From: Neoechinorhynchus agilis
Taxonomy: Eukaryota; Animalia; Acanthocephala
Direction of reading: 5' to 3'
Length of the DNA: 64,000 bases
Assembly (NCBI GenBank): GCA_051530055.1
Contig: CM121341.1
Coordinates: 7,294,784 to 7,358,783 of the forward strand
Below the pieces are notes generated by a model. The model made no database searches and was not told the DNA's origin. It was given only the letters and a program-made list of their open reading frames with translations. Below, piece after piece: positions 1 to 12,500 of the stretch (position 1 is the stretch's first letter; the number at the start of each line of letters is the position of its first letter). The translations under genes and the position numbers were made by a program.

Positions 1-119
1 TAAAGTGGCAGTCGTGTGAAAGCCGCGATTGGTTTCGTGTTCCTTGCTTTGATGTGTTCTACTGAATATAAAGCCGATTGTGATTTGAACTCGAGTCGCT
101 TTTGATCCATAATCGTGGC

Positions 120-1150
120 TATCACAATCACCTAAAACCGTAAGCCACTAAAATCTTAAAATAAATCTAAGATAACACAATGTCAAGTAACTAATCAAAT
201 TTCAAAAAACTCCCATAAATCTAAACTCTTTAAAAAGTATATAAAAGAAAAAGCTAAATCATTAGCTCGGTAACTCCATTGAAAAAATCTGACTCACCTT
301 CTATGAAATCCACAAGCGTTCGATTGATTTCTACGATAACATCGATTTAAAACAAACGAAAATCTCAAAATATGCAACCTGACAAGACCGAAAAACGCTA
401 ACAGTGGCAAACACAAATATAACCAATAATAAATCAATATTTAACTCATAAATAACCATCCCCGTAACTCTAAACCTGAAAAAAAACCCTCTAAATAACC
501 AAGAAAAACTATCAAACATAAATAATAGCACAACTCAAAGAGAACAGAAAAAAATTAGATGAAACAAGTAAAAATAACCAAATCGATCAAAGGCTGAATA
601 ATACCCAAATGAATATTTTATTGGGATTCTTACAAATATCCATTAAAGTAAAAAATAACTCTCAACAAAACGAATAACATCTCGGACTAATAACCTAATC
701 TTCTATTTATTTACCCACTAAAAATCATGCCAAAATAAAAACTTGCACCAGCTCAACTGACTTTCCACCCAAAAAGATTAACATATCAAATCTTACCACT
801 ATTAATAAATTTTAAAAACCCAATAAACCATATAAACTAAAAAGAGATAAAACCCCCACTGCTCCCAATATTTAAATAACTAATAAAATTTACTCTCAGC
901 TGAACTTAAAATACAAAAAACATATAAAAAATGCCATTCCGGCTTAATAGAGAGAGTACTTAAAGAATCAACTTCCTCAAAATTTGTTTTATCCAAAAAA
1001 TTGATAAACAGAAAACCAAAAAATAACAACTCCAAATCTCATTAAATCTTTTCAAGTGACTAAATTCCAACTTATCAGAAATAGAAAAGGCACTTAAGAA
1101 GAAGACGATAGCACATGACCACGAGATTAAACAAACCCGAAATCTACTAG
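120..1150 (-). pseudogene. cob: NUMT (nuclear mitochondrial insertion): decayed 3' half of cytochrome b, followed by a second mitochondrial-type membrane gene fragment (possibly nad5)
   Basis: The minus strand reads DKLEFS..TWKDLM(AGA)FGVVIF..FFG/DKTNFEEVDSLSTLSIKPEWHFLYVFCILSS across frameshifts. IKPEWH lies at 931-948 and matches the cytochrome b DKxxFxPYFTxKD and GDPxNF...IKPEWYFL motifs. TGA reads as Trp, and the minus strand is strongly T/G skewed. The nad5 call (SYRANDLAF vs YNRIGD) is weak. Confidence 0.85.
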
Positions 1151-2092
1151 TAAACAAATCTACTAGTGATGATGATCAACAAAAATGGAATATCGATGAC
1201 AAGTATCTGCTTTTTTCCTGCTTATTAACTATCGAAAAGTGCCTTTATTTGCTTAATATTGTATTTTAAATAAAATAACTCAATGCGAACTAAAGTTTTC
1301 CTTATGAACATGAAAAATAATTGTGTTCGGGATAATGGAGAAGACGAAAATCCGATAGAGATATGCCAATAATTAGGTTTATCAATTGTTAATTAATACT
1401 GAACGAAATTCAAGTTTACAAGAAGGATTTTGCATTCGCCGTTAGCGCTTTAATCGTGATCATCAAACGAAATCGAAGACAGTAAAGAAGTGTCCGTTGA
1501 TGGTAATGCCGAATGAGTAAAAGTTGAAATATCTTCATTTTGCGCAGTTTTTTTATAATGATTCAATAATAGAATACTGATTATAAACTGTTCATTAAAC
1601 TCTTCGGACAACGCCGGTGGCCAATAAAATTTAATCAAAAAAATTGTACTAGACCCATAGCCACAAATCTAAAATCTTTTACCTCAAAAATAATCTTTAA
1701 AGAATAGACTAAAAGACAATACAAAATAGAGAATTATCCACCAAACAACCTTTTTTTTGCCTTTAATCTTCTTTAAAACGGAACCGCAATCAACAAAACT
1801 AAAGATCCACTCTAGACAAAACAACAATTTTTTCTATGGCAGAAGAAAATCAAACAATTAAAATAGTTAAAACACCAACTACCACTAAAATGGATACGTT
1901 TAAAGTGTAAGAATAAACCAATAAAGATAACAGCTAAAGAGACATTTTCTGAAAGCAACAGTAGAATTAACGAACGTTACGAATCATAATCCTTTACTAA
2001 AATTTCAAATGAACATTTGTGCCAACATTTTTTCCACATCTTCCGGTATGTTAACTTCCATTAGATTACTTTTATCATTTTCGGGTTCATCG
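388..2092 (+). repeat. Inverted segmental duplication, copy 1 (partner 26487-28384)
   Basis: Near-identical reverse complement of 26487-28384. Two ORFs are identical in both copies (960-1157 = 27637-27834; 1450-1638 = 27156-27344). Confidence 0.95.
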
Positions 2093-3380
2093 GAGATTAA
2101 AACCGCAATTAGTTTCTCACATCTGATCCTCGTATCTTCCGAAATATCCTCTCTTTCATAGTACTGCTTTGAAATAAAGTACAGTTGACACCGGCGCATC
2201 CGTTCCCGTCCACGTTTCGTAGCACACAACTAAACAAAAAATTAGGGTAATTCGAGATAACTGACGATATACCAATAAAAGACAGTCAAGAGTATTATTG
2301 ATAACTTCTTCACAATCATCAGGCATTTTGTTCAAATACTGGCATTCAATGGGTAATTTCTCCTCGTTATCATAGTCGATTGTGTTACCAATTAACGGAT
2401 AAAATAAAAAAAGGTTTCCAAATTTTTCGATAAAGTCCCAATAATCAAATGGAAAACTCTTATAATGAACCGATGATTTGGAAATCATCATCCTGGTCAA
2501 AGAATTGTCCAGATAAATCTAAACCACAATAAAAGCGATAATCATAGAGAATTGTCGTCAGGGTCGGATTGTTGTTGCTGCTGATCATTTATTCAAAATA
2601 TTTCGTAAGCCTTTTGCTTACCTCTTCAGTTATATTGATTGTAAGTTTTTAAATATCCGAGGAGGTAAGCAAAAAGCTTACGAAATATTTTGAATGATCA
2701 ACAGCAATCAGGGGAAAAAACATCGTCAAACTCGAATTAAAAGCGATTATTTTGGATTTGATAGCTTTCCACATACCATGAGCAAAAGCAAGATTTCTGA
2801 ATATTCTTGAGCTAACTTTACGCATTTCACAATCTTTATGAGATAAAAACTCCGCTATCATTGCCAAAAATCCATGTTTGTTTGATATAATGAATTTTTG
2901 AACGTCCTTTAACGCACAAAGGTTGGCCAGAGACATTCCTATCAGAGATTCTTTTTCTCTCAGAAACATTTTTACCCAAACAAAGCAGTTCTTATCTCCT
3001 ATGGACCATTGATGTTGCACAGCACAAACGCTTAAATTAATGAGAGCAGCACCAATCAAGGATCGATTTAGTTCCTTCATTGGAAAGGTCCGAGAAATAA
3101 ATGAGAAGATCCTCGTAAGCAGTGAATCGTCAGCAAGTGGGAATCTCGTAAGGCATGCAACGGTTTTGAGGCCGATTTCGTATTGTAATGGATTATGGCA
3201 AACGCTTTCAATCAAATCGATAATGCTTTTTAGTCGGCATTCGACCAATGAATTGTTCTGAGACGCCGCTGATATTTCCAAAATGGACTGGAGGCCTGAA
3301 TTGACAAGTTCAGTGGATTCTTTGTTCGCTTTGACAATGCTGATCAGCTCATCGAAGTAGTCGGCATAATCAGTGGTCAT
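2005..3380 (-). CDS. HGH1: HGH1 homolog (FAM203 family), 3 exons
   Basis: The C-terminal CATKRGRE...CEKLIAVLISDEPE...NLMEVNIPEDVEKML and the central RNLAFAH...FLFYPLIG...EKLPIECQYL match HGH1 motifs. GT-AG introns at 2457-2776 and 2230-2272. The model needs one extra base in the A7 run at 2406-2412 (probable homopolymer error). Confidence 0.8.
2582..2700. mobile_element. Palindromic MITE-like element inside the large HGH1 intron
   Basis: Arms of about 45 bp: TGATCATT(TATT)CAAAATATTTCGTAAGC.TTTTGCTTACCTC.TC.G occurs at both ends in inverted orientation. Confidence 0.7.
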
Positions 3381-3956
3381 CTAAAGACCATCGGAAATCG
3401 AAGATTCGCAGAATTAGTAGAAAAAGGTGAGTCGGCGATCTTAGTAAACTGACTAAAATCAATTGCAACATACCTCACACTTTTCAATAGAAATTCAATA
3501 TTATGGAAAAAGGTAAAATTAAAGGGCGAATTCCATGTAAACGAAGCTTATCGAATGAATATTCTTATTTTTTTGAAGCTGTCGCGTAAAAAAAGCAAAA
3601 TCAATCTTTATTGTTAATCATATCGAGAGAATATCCATTGGGATGTTAAATTTTGACTTGTTTGGTGAATCGCCCGGATAAAACGTATTTTAATCTTCTG
3701 AGACGAGGTTTCCTCTTTCGAAATATTTCAAAATAGGAGTATCTTATTGTCTTCGCTTATTTTTAGATCGTATGTTCAAAAAGAAAACCGTACATTGTCG
3801 ATTTAAAAACACCGAAATCGATACCAAGAAGACCACATCTACTTCTAAAATAATTGCTTTATCGAACTCAGTTTTATTGGATTCAAAATGGATGCCGGCG
3901 TAATTTCGGACAAAACGTCCAATCAGATTTATAAATACATTTAAGTCTACATACTT

Positions 3957-4325
3957 TTATGCCCGTTTGGAGTAACTTTTCCTAATCACAAGTGGGTTTA
4001 CAATCAAAGAATCACTCATGTCCTCGTCCGAACTTGAACTTTCATCTTGAATCGATACAAAAGTTGACTTTGATATCTTGACTTTCTCTTGAAACTCACT
4101 CATGGCCTGATCGTAGATTTTATCCCACCAGCCTTCCTCGGGCCCAGCCCTATAGCCAATACCGTTGCGGTCAGCTTTAAGACTGGTTCTGATTGGCTGC
4201 CGGATGCCATTAAGCTCTTTTCCCAAACCATCCCCTTAAAAAAATAATCGAACTGATAAATAAAATAAAAAGTACAAACCCTCCTTCCAGCCGTACTTTT
4301 TCAAATAATCCGATCCTAGTGGCAT
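3957..4325 (-). CDS. GPATCH4: G-patch domain protein, GPATCH4-like
   Basis: ATG at 4325; MPLGSDYLKKYGWKEG|DGLGKELNGIRQPI...GIGY...WWDKIYDQA; 45-nt GT-AG intron at 4235-4279. Further 3' exons are not excluded. Confidence 0.7.
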
Positions 4326-4539
4326 CCTTAAATCCCCCAAATGAGAATCTAGAAAATGATTATAGGCATTTCCTGAATCAATAAACTTCGAAAATACTAT
4401 TAACGGCATCTAATCTACCACTCGTCGTACCGTTTTCATTCGTTAAATATACAGTAAAATGGAAAACAAATGTAAAAACTCCTTCTAATACGAATCTCTC
4501 GAAGGATAAAAAATGCTCTCGTACGAAAGAACTCACAGT

Positions 4540-7500
4540 TCCTGGTCCAAAAGGTTGTTTTAGTCATAAAGATCCAAATCTCAAAATACTTTTTGAAAGG
4601 AGCTACATAAGTCAGAGATTTTATTGTTGCAAAAAAACCCAAAGAAACGATCGTGGAAACGTTATGAACCGGCGATATCTCTTTTTTAAGTCTAAAAAGA
4701 ATCGATTTACATTGCTCAAAAAAGTTATTCAGACCGCCTTATTCTTGAAGTAAACAATTTCGCGTTTTTATTGAAATAAAACGACTGATTCGTTTTTGCC
4801 GTGTCGTTAAACTCGTAAAAAATATTAACGATCAATGAGTCAGCTTTTGTGCTATGGACAGAATCATTTTAGTGATAAAGATCCAAATCTCAAAATACTT
4901 TTTGAAAGGAGCTACATAAGTCAGAGATTTTATTGTTGCAAAAAAACCCAAAGAAACGATCGTGGAAACGTTATGAACCGGCGATATTCTTTTAAGTCTA
5001 AAAGAATCGATTTACATTGCCAAAAAAGTTATTCAGACCGCCTTATTCTTGAAGTAACAATTTCGCGTTTTTATGGAAATAAACGACTGATTCGTTTTTG
5101 CCGTGTCTTTAAACTCGTATATTAACGATCAATGAGTCAGCTTTTGTGCTATGGACAGAATCATTTTAGTCATAAAGATCCAAACAAAATTTTGAAAGGA
5201 GCTACATAAGTCAGAGATTTTATTGTTGAACCAAAGAAACGATCGAAACGTTATGAACGGCATATCTCTTTTTAAGTCTAAAAAGAATCGATTTACATTG
5301 CTCAAAAAAGTTATTCAGACCGCCTTATTCTTGAAGTAAACAATTTCGCGTTTTTATGGAAATAAAACGACTGATTCGTTTTTGCCGTGTCTTTAAACTC
5401 GTAAAAAATATTAACGATCAATGAGTCAGCTTTTGTGCTATGGACAGAATCATTTTAGTGATAAAGATCCAAACTCAAAATACTTTTTGAAAGGAGCTAC
5501 ATAAGTCAGAGATTTTATTGTTGCAAAAAACCCAAAGAAACGATCGTGGAAACGTTATGAACCGGCGATATCTCTTTTTTAAGTCTAAAAAGAATCGATT
5601 TACATTGCTCAAAAAAGTTATTCAGACCGCCTTATTCTTGAAGTAAACAATTTCGCGTTTTTATGGAAATAAAACGACTGATTCGTTTTTGCCGTGTCGT
5701 TAAACTCGTAAAAAATATTAACGATCAATGAGTCAGCTTTTGTGCTATGGACAGAATCATTTTAGTGATAAAGATCCAAATCTCAAAATACTTTTTGAAA
5801 GGAGCTACATAAGTCAGAGATTTTATTGTTGCAAAAAAACCCAAAGAAACGATCGTGGAAACGTTATGAACCGGCGATATCTCTTTTAAGTCTAAAAAGA
5901 ATCGATTTACATTGCTCAAAAAAGTTATTCAGACCGCCTTATTCTTGAAGTAAACAATTTCGCGTTTTTATGGAAATAAAACGACTGATTCGTTTTTGCC
6001 GTGTCGTTAAACTCGTAAAAAATATTGACGATCAATGAGTCAGCTTTTGTGCTATGGACAGAATCATTTTAGTGATAAAGATCCAAATCTCAAAATACTT
6101 TTTGAAAGGAGCTACATAAGTCAGAGATTTTATTGTTGCAAAAAAACCCAAAGAAACGATCGTGGAAACGTTATGAACCGGCGATATCTCTTTTTTAAGT
6201 CTAAAAAGAATCGATTTACATTGCTCAAAAAAGTTATTCAGACCGCCTTATTCTTGAAGTAAACAATTTCGCGTTTTTATGGAAATAAAACGACTGATTC
6301 GTTTTTGCCGTGTCGTTAAACTCGTAAAAAATATTGACGATCAATGAGTCAGCTTTTGTGCTATGGACAGAATCATTTAGTGATAAAGATCCAAATCTCA
6401 AAATACTTTTTGAAAGGAGCTACATAAGTCAGAGATTTTATTGTTGCAAAAACCCAAAGAAACGATCGTGGAAACGTTAGAACCGGCGATATCTCTTTTT
6501 AAGTCTAAAAAGAATCGATTTACATTGCTCAAAAAGTTATTCAGACCGCCTTATTCTTGAAGTAATTTCGCGTTTTTATGGAAATAAAACGACTGATTCG
6601 TTTTTGCCGTGTCGTTAAACCGTAAAAAATATTGACGATCAATGAGTCAGCTTTTGTGCTATGGACAGAATCATTAGTGATAAAGATCCAAACTCAAAAT
6701 TTTTGAAAGGAGTCATAAGTCAGAGATTTTATTGTTGAAAAACCCAAAGAAACGATCGTGGAAACGTTATGAACCGGCGATATCTCTTTTTTAAGTCTAA
6801 AAAGAATCGATTTACATTGCTCAAAAAAGTTATTCAGACCGCCTTATTCTTGAAGTAAACAATTTCGCGTTTTTATGGAAATAAAACGACTGATTCGTTT
6901 TTGCCGTGTCGTTAAACTCGTAAAAAATATTGACGATCAATGAGTCAGCTTTTGTGCTATGGACAGAATCATTTTAGTCATAAAGATCCAAATCTCAAAA
7001 TACTTTTTGAAAGGAGCTACATAAGTCAGAGATTTTATTGTTGCAAAAAACCCAAAGAAACGATCGTGGAAACGTTATGAACCGGCGATATTCTTTTAAG
7101 TCTAAAAAGAATCGATTTACATTGCTCAAAAAAGTTATTCAGACCGCCTTATTCTTGAAGTAAACAATTTCGCGTTTTTATGGAAATAAAACGACTGATT
7201 CGTTTTTGCCGTGTCTTTAAACTCGTAAAAAATATTAACGATCAATGAGTCAGCTTTTGTGCTATGGACAGAATCATTTTAGTGATAAAGATCCAAACTC
7301 AAAATACTTTTTGAAAGGAGCTACATAAGTCAGAGATTTTATTGTTGCAAAAAACCCAAAGAACGATCGAAACGTTATGAACCGGCGATATCTCTTTTTT
7401 AAGTCTAAAAAGAATCGATTTACATTGCTCAAAAAAGTTATTCAGACCGCCTTATTCTTGAAGTAAACAATTTCGCGTTTTTATGGAAATAAAACGACTG

Positions 7501-9070
7501 ATTCGTTTTTGCCGTGTCTTTAAACTCGTAAAAAATATTAACGATCAATGAGTCAGCTTTTGTGCTATGGACAGAATCATTTTAGTGATAAAGATCCAAA
7601 CTCAAAATACTTTTTGAAAGGAGCTACATAAGTCAGAGATTTTATTGTTGCAAAAAACCCAAAGAAACGATCGTGGAAACGTTATGAACCGGCGATATCT
7701 CTTTTTTAAGTCTAAAAAGAATCGATTTACATTGCTCAAAAAAGTTATTCAGACCGCCTTATTCTTGAAGTAAACAATTTCGCGTTTTTATGGAAATAAA
7801 ACGACTGATTCGTTTTTGCCGTGTCTTTAAACTCGTAAAAAATATTAACGATCAATGAGTCAGCTTTTGTGCTATGGACAGAATCATTTTAGTGATAAAG
7901 ATCCAAATCTCAAAATACTTTTTGAAAGGAGCTACATAAGTCAGAGATTTTATTGTTGCAAAAAACCCAAAGAAACGATCGTGGAAACGTTATGAACCGG
8001 CGATATCTCTTTTTTAAGTCTAAAAAGAATCGATTTACATTGCTCAAAAAAGTTATTCAGACCGCCTTATTCTTGAAGTAAACAATTTCGCGTTTTTATG
8101 GAAATAAAACGACTGATTCGTTTTTGCCGTGTCTTTAAACTCGTAAAAAATATTAACGATCAATGAGTCAGCTTTTGTGCTATGGACAGAATCATTTTAG
8201 TGATAAAGATCCAAATCTCAAAATACTTTTTGAAAGGAGCTACATAAGTCAGAGATTTTATTGTTGCAAAAAACCCAAAGAAACGATCGTGGAAACGTTA
8301 TGAACCGGCGATATCTCTTTTTTAAGTCTAAAAAGAATCGATTTACATTGCTCAAAAAAGTTATTCAGACCGCCTTATTCTTGAAGTAAACAATTTCGCG
8401 TTTTTATGGAAATAAAACGACTGATTCGTTTTTGCCGTGTCTTTAAACTCGTAAAAAATATTAACGATCAATGAGTCAGCTTTTGTGCTATGGACAGAAT
8501 CATTTTAGTGATAAAGATCCAAACTCAAAATACTTTTTGAAAGGAGCTACATAAGTCAGAGATTTTATTGTTGCAAAAAACCCAAAGAAACGATCGTGGA
8601 AACGTTATGAACCGGCGATATCTCTTTTTTAAGTCTAAAAAGAATCGATTTACATTGCTCAAAAAAGTTATTCAGACCGCCTTATTCTTGAAGTAAACAA
8701 TTTCGCGTTTTTATGGAAATAAAACGACTGATTCGTTTTTGCCGTGTCTTTAAACTCGTAAAAAATATTGACGATCAATGAGTCAGCTTTGTGCTATGGA
8801 CAGAATCATTTTAGTGATAAAGATCCAAACTCAAATACTTTTTGAAAGGAGCTACATAAGTCAGAGATTTTATTGTTGCAAAAAACCCAAAGAAACGATC
8901 GTGGAAACGTTATGAACCGGCGATATCTCTTTTTTAAGTCTAAAAAGAATCGATTTACATTGCTCAAAAAAGTTATTCAGACCGCCTTATTCTTGAAGTA
9001 AACAATTTCGCGTTTTTATGGAAATAAAACGATTGATTCGTTTTTGCCGTGTCTTTAAACTCGTAAAAAT
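4540..9070. repeat. Tandem satellite, ~307-bp unit, about 14.7 copies
   Basis: GATCAATGAGTCAGCTTTTGTGCTATGGACAG recurs about every 307 bp (14 occurrences), with partial units at the ends. Confidence 0.97.
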
Positions 9071-9196
9071 ATTGGCGTTCGATCTGTGAGCTTTTAAGGT
9101 TGATTTGATCTTACGCCTCTATTTCATTAGACAACGAGCTTACTTGAATAAAACACACGCACTATCGATCCATAGCATTTTTAAAAAAACACCATC

Positions 9197-11060
9197 TCAA
9201 GAAGTGATCTCCTCTTCAATCTTCGGGATTTTTGCTTCAGGATCGCGGGCCTGAACTGTCGTTGACTCTTCATTGACGTTTTCGAACACATCTTCGTCTT
9301 CGCTTATTGAAGGCGACATTGACTGATTGCTGATACTGTTATGATTGGTGACCACAGCGGGTGGCTGTCCGTGGTTATTGGTTGTTCGACAGACCCGCTT
9401 TAAAGACTCATTGAAATTACAAGAGCCTGGACCACAATGGTACTCAAACCCGGCATTCTCAAAACTCACTAACAGAAACTCATTTTCATCCAGTTTGTAG
9501 GACAGTTTCACCGACGGATGTTCTGTTAATGCATTATATCACCAAATTAAGATTTCTCCAACAGGATGTAATGCTCGCTTAATTGGGCACTTTCGCCATC
9601 AACCACCATTTCGACGATCCGCGTCATTTGGTATAAACAGTCCTTACATCGCTTATCATTTCCTTCCATTAAATCGTCGTCTAAAGAAGCAGTGTTCAAA
9701 TTGGTCATGGAAATGATCTGATGCTTCCAAGAATGGTGTATATCGGCCGCCAATAGCGGACACCTGAATGCTTCCAGGATCGCAACAAAACAAAACCGAA
9801 GTTGCTCAGGAGTTTGAATGAGACCCATTCGTTGTGAACGGAGATCGCAAAGTAATGAAGTCAAATCGATCACTTCACAACTCACATATTCTGATGCAAG
9901 CTACACGTTAAAATAGAGTGTATGGATTTAATTAAAGTTCGAATAAAAGCGAAAACATACCATTTGTAGGACTATATCTACAAAGATGAACGTTCCACTA
10001 CGTCCGACTCCCGCACTGCAGTGGACTATCGGTGGGCGATATGGGTCGTTGAAGACTCCTGCCCTGCGACACTCGTGTAGAAAATGAAGAAAACACTGAG
10101 GAGTCGACGGCTCGCCAAAATCGGGCCAATCAATATAGTTGAAATGTCTAATATTTCGAGACTCGGTTCCTCGGTACATGGTCATATAACGCAAGACGAA
10201 GTAGTCGTGTTTTTCAATCGCATCAAGGGTAATGTTTATTGGAACGATCGGTGAACCGTCAACCGATCCGTCGTCCTCAGATGACCAATCATCGTTTGAT
10301 GAACAGTCCGCACACAAATCAGTCACATCAGTGGCTTACAGAAGATAATTTTCGTAAAGTAGATCGTAGAGTACACTTTTCATGGGTAAAATCTTTATTG
10401 AATTTTGTCGACACTCAAGTCTTATGCTCTATTTCGTCGACAAAAAAGCGAAGAATTCAAAGACATTATTTTTGTTAAGTGACAATATTTGGGGAAAAAA
10501 CCATGCTATTGAACGATTTCAAAAACAAATCTGTAAGACCACTGATTTACTTGATCATTTTGATTTTGCAGATTCTTAGGAAAGTATTGTGCACATTTAT
10601 TGCGACCTCGTTCAAATATCTTGTTCAGCATGATAATATCGCTAGATCCTTGCTCCCAAACCATTTGCCAGAAATGGCGTATTGTGTTATGTAAAGGACC
10701 CTGCAAGGCATCAAATCATTAACTTTTTTGTTCAAAAAGATTTTACCTGAGTAAGAATAAAATTTCTTTGCGCATTATCGTATTTGACACTGCTTGCATT
10801 TATGTACCCGGGTTTGCTTTCGAGTTGAATCCGTGTGTGATCATAGGGAAGGATATCTCGATATCGATTTAATAGACGATTATCGGGTTTTTTTGCTTCA
10901 TTCTTCGACAATCCACTGGTTTGTAGGTTACATGCGCCAGAGAGCCACTAGTAGAGAGAGAAGTTTATGAAACTGTTTGTAAGTTTTAACCGACTTGGAA
11001 ATACAACGACCAAGCCTTCTCGGTCTCTAAACTGAGGTATTGATCCAATATGTGAGCCAT
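9197..11060 (-). CDS. PTPN1/PTPN2: Non-receptor protein tyrosine phosphatase, PTP1B/TC-PTP-like, multi-exon
   Basis: MAHILDQY...WSLYFQ|WLSG...[13 protein letters not shown]...YINAS...TQ|GPL...FWQMVWEQ...KCAQYFP...WPDFG...[10 protein letters not shown]...[18 protein letters not shown] introns include 10701-10746 and 9901-9960. The 3' exon structure is less certain. Confidence 0.9.
9529..9575 (-). other. Candidate non-canonical AG...AT hairpin intron (47 nt) in the PTP gene
   Basis: AGCATTACATC...GATATAATGCAT inverted ends; removal joins two phase-1 frames. A 68-nt GT-AG alternative exists. Confidence 0.45.
10322..10551 (-). other. Candidate non-canonical AG...AC intron (230 nt) with ~22-bp terminal inverted repeats in the PTP gene
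   Basis: 5' end AGTAAATCAGTGGTCTTACAGA vs reverse complement of the 3' end AGTCACATCAGTGGCTTACAGA. Removal is in frame (phase 2) and bypasses stop codons. Confidence 0.65.
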
Positions 11061-11699
11061 CGTTGTCCGGTGATTACGCTAAATCCATCTAGAAACAATT
11101 TTAGAGAATCTATCGACTCCTTCGTCTATGCCCACGAAGAGTGGACAGCTTAAATAGAGAAATTCGTCGTTGGCGACATACTGCGTTGGTTGTCTCGAAA
11201 CCTTCTCTCTCTCCCTCTTTCAATGCATCGACGGCGTCATTACTGCTGCCACACGGGCGAAACTGAAGATTTTGAAAGTAATACCGATCAGAATGTATGG
11301 CGAAATAGGAGATATTTCGAAAGTGAGGAAACCTCGTCTTTTTAATCATTAAAAAAAAGGTTTTTGGTTATGGTTCTTTTCGATGTTTTGCCCACCAACA
11401 AGGTCCGGGGACCGTGTGCCCATTAATAAAACCCTGCACTATAACAATAACTTACAATAAAATGATTTTTAACCGGGCGAGTATATTCAATGGATTTTCT
11501 CTTTATATAAAGTTCTAAATGAATTTAATACTTCACAAAACTTTAAACGCGTCTTCTCTCTTTTTCGTTGTTGGAGATCCACGCTATAAGAAACTAACTG
11601 AAATGTCACCAAGAAAAAGTTATTCGGGATGACAAAGTTTAAAAAAAAGATGGTTCTTGAGTTTACCAAAGAGATAACCAGTTGAACTTGAACAACTCA

Positions 11700-12500
11700 T
11701 GGCCGTATGTTTTGTTTCTCTGGTGTAAGATATCGGTGTGCCTATATGCTGAGTAATGGATATTCTAAAAAAAACATATAACCGGCTTGCCAGTAAACAT
11801 TGGAGTGGGGATTATGATCACCACAAATCCATTATTGAAATGTTTCCGAGTGTAAATAGTTTCAAAGTTAAAAAAATTCCATTTTATCTCTCTTCGTAAG
11901 CAATGATTCAGATAAGCACTTACATGTTTACGGTACCTTCGAATCCACTTAAATTGTTTTTATACAAAAAGGCGATTCGACAAGAGTTTGAGATTCACTT
12001 TGTTTCTCGATTTATGCGAGCTCTGCTGTCTTATTAAAAAGACGAGATATCGATTTTCCATTCATAAGATCGATCGGATCATCAAAGCAACGAAGCATCC
12101 CGTTTCTCGCAAGACGTCTCAAATAAGACCGAAGGTAAAAATACTATTCGCGAAATAGTCATAAGCTCAATTAGTACAAATCTCTGCAAGTACACGCTGT
12201 TTAGCAAAGATTAGGCACCCATCAATTGGCATTTATCCAAAAATAATGAGCGTTTTACCTGCACAAAGTTACGGCATTGGCACAAATCAGTTCTACATTT
12301 GGCCTATCAGGTTCCAACTTTTGATTTAATGACAAACCTTTCATTGCTCAAAGTGCGAACATTTTGTGAACGATTTCGCGAAATCGAATCCTTTTGTATG
12401 TGCTACGAATCCATAGTCAATTGATTGAACTTATTTTGAAATTATTTACTCAGCAACTTTTTGAAGAAAATCTGACAAACAACGGTTCTCTGGTAAGAGT
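11700..12500 (+). CDS. Probable multi-exon gene of unknown function; boundaries uncertain
   Basis: Short open frames bounded by splice-like signals, e.g. cctatcag|VPTFDLMTNLSLLKVRTFCERFREIESF|gtatgt from 12311 and actcag|QLFEENLTNNGSL|gtaaga (12454-12492). Confidence 0.3.

Noticed and set aside
120-960. G-poor strand interpreted as APOBEC- or bisulfite-like hypermutation
   Set aside because: Better explained by mitochondrial strand skew once the cytochrome b motifs were found.
2406-2412. HGH1 frameshift as a pseudogene or programmed frameshift
   Set aside because: It falls in a 7-base homopolymer in an assembly showing homopolymer noise, so it is most likely a sequencing error.
2649-3380. 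APC/armadillo protein call, and the ORF tail (MWKAIKSK...SSDI) as coding
   Set aside because: Downstream exons match HGH1, and the tail lies after a strong GTATGT donor and runs into the intronic hairpin.
4540-9070. Tandem arrays as CRISPR arrays
   Set aside because: The units are 105-400 bp and repeated in full without unique spacers; there are no cas genes and the context is eukaryotic.
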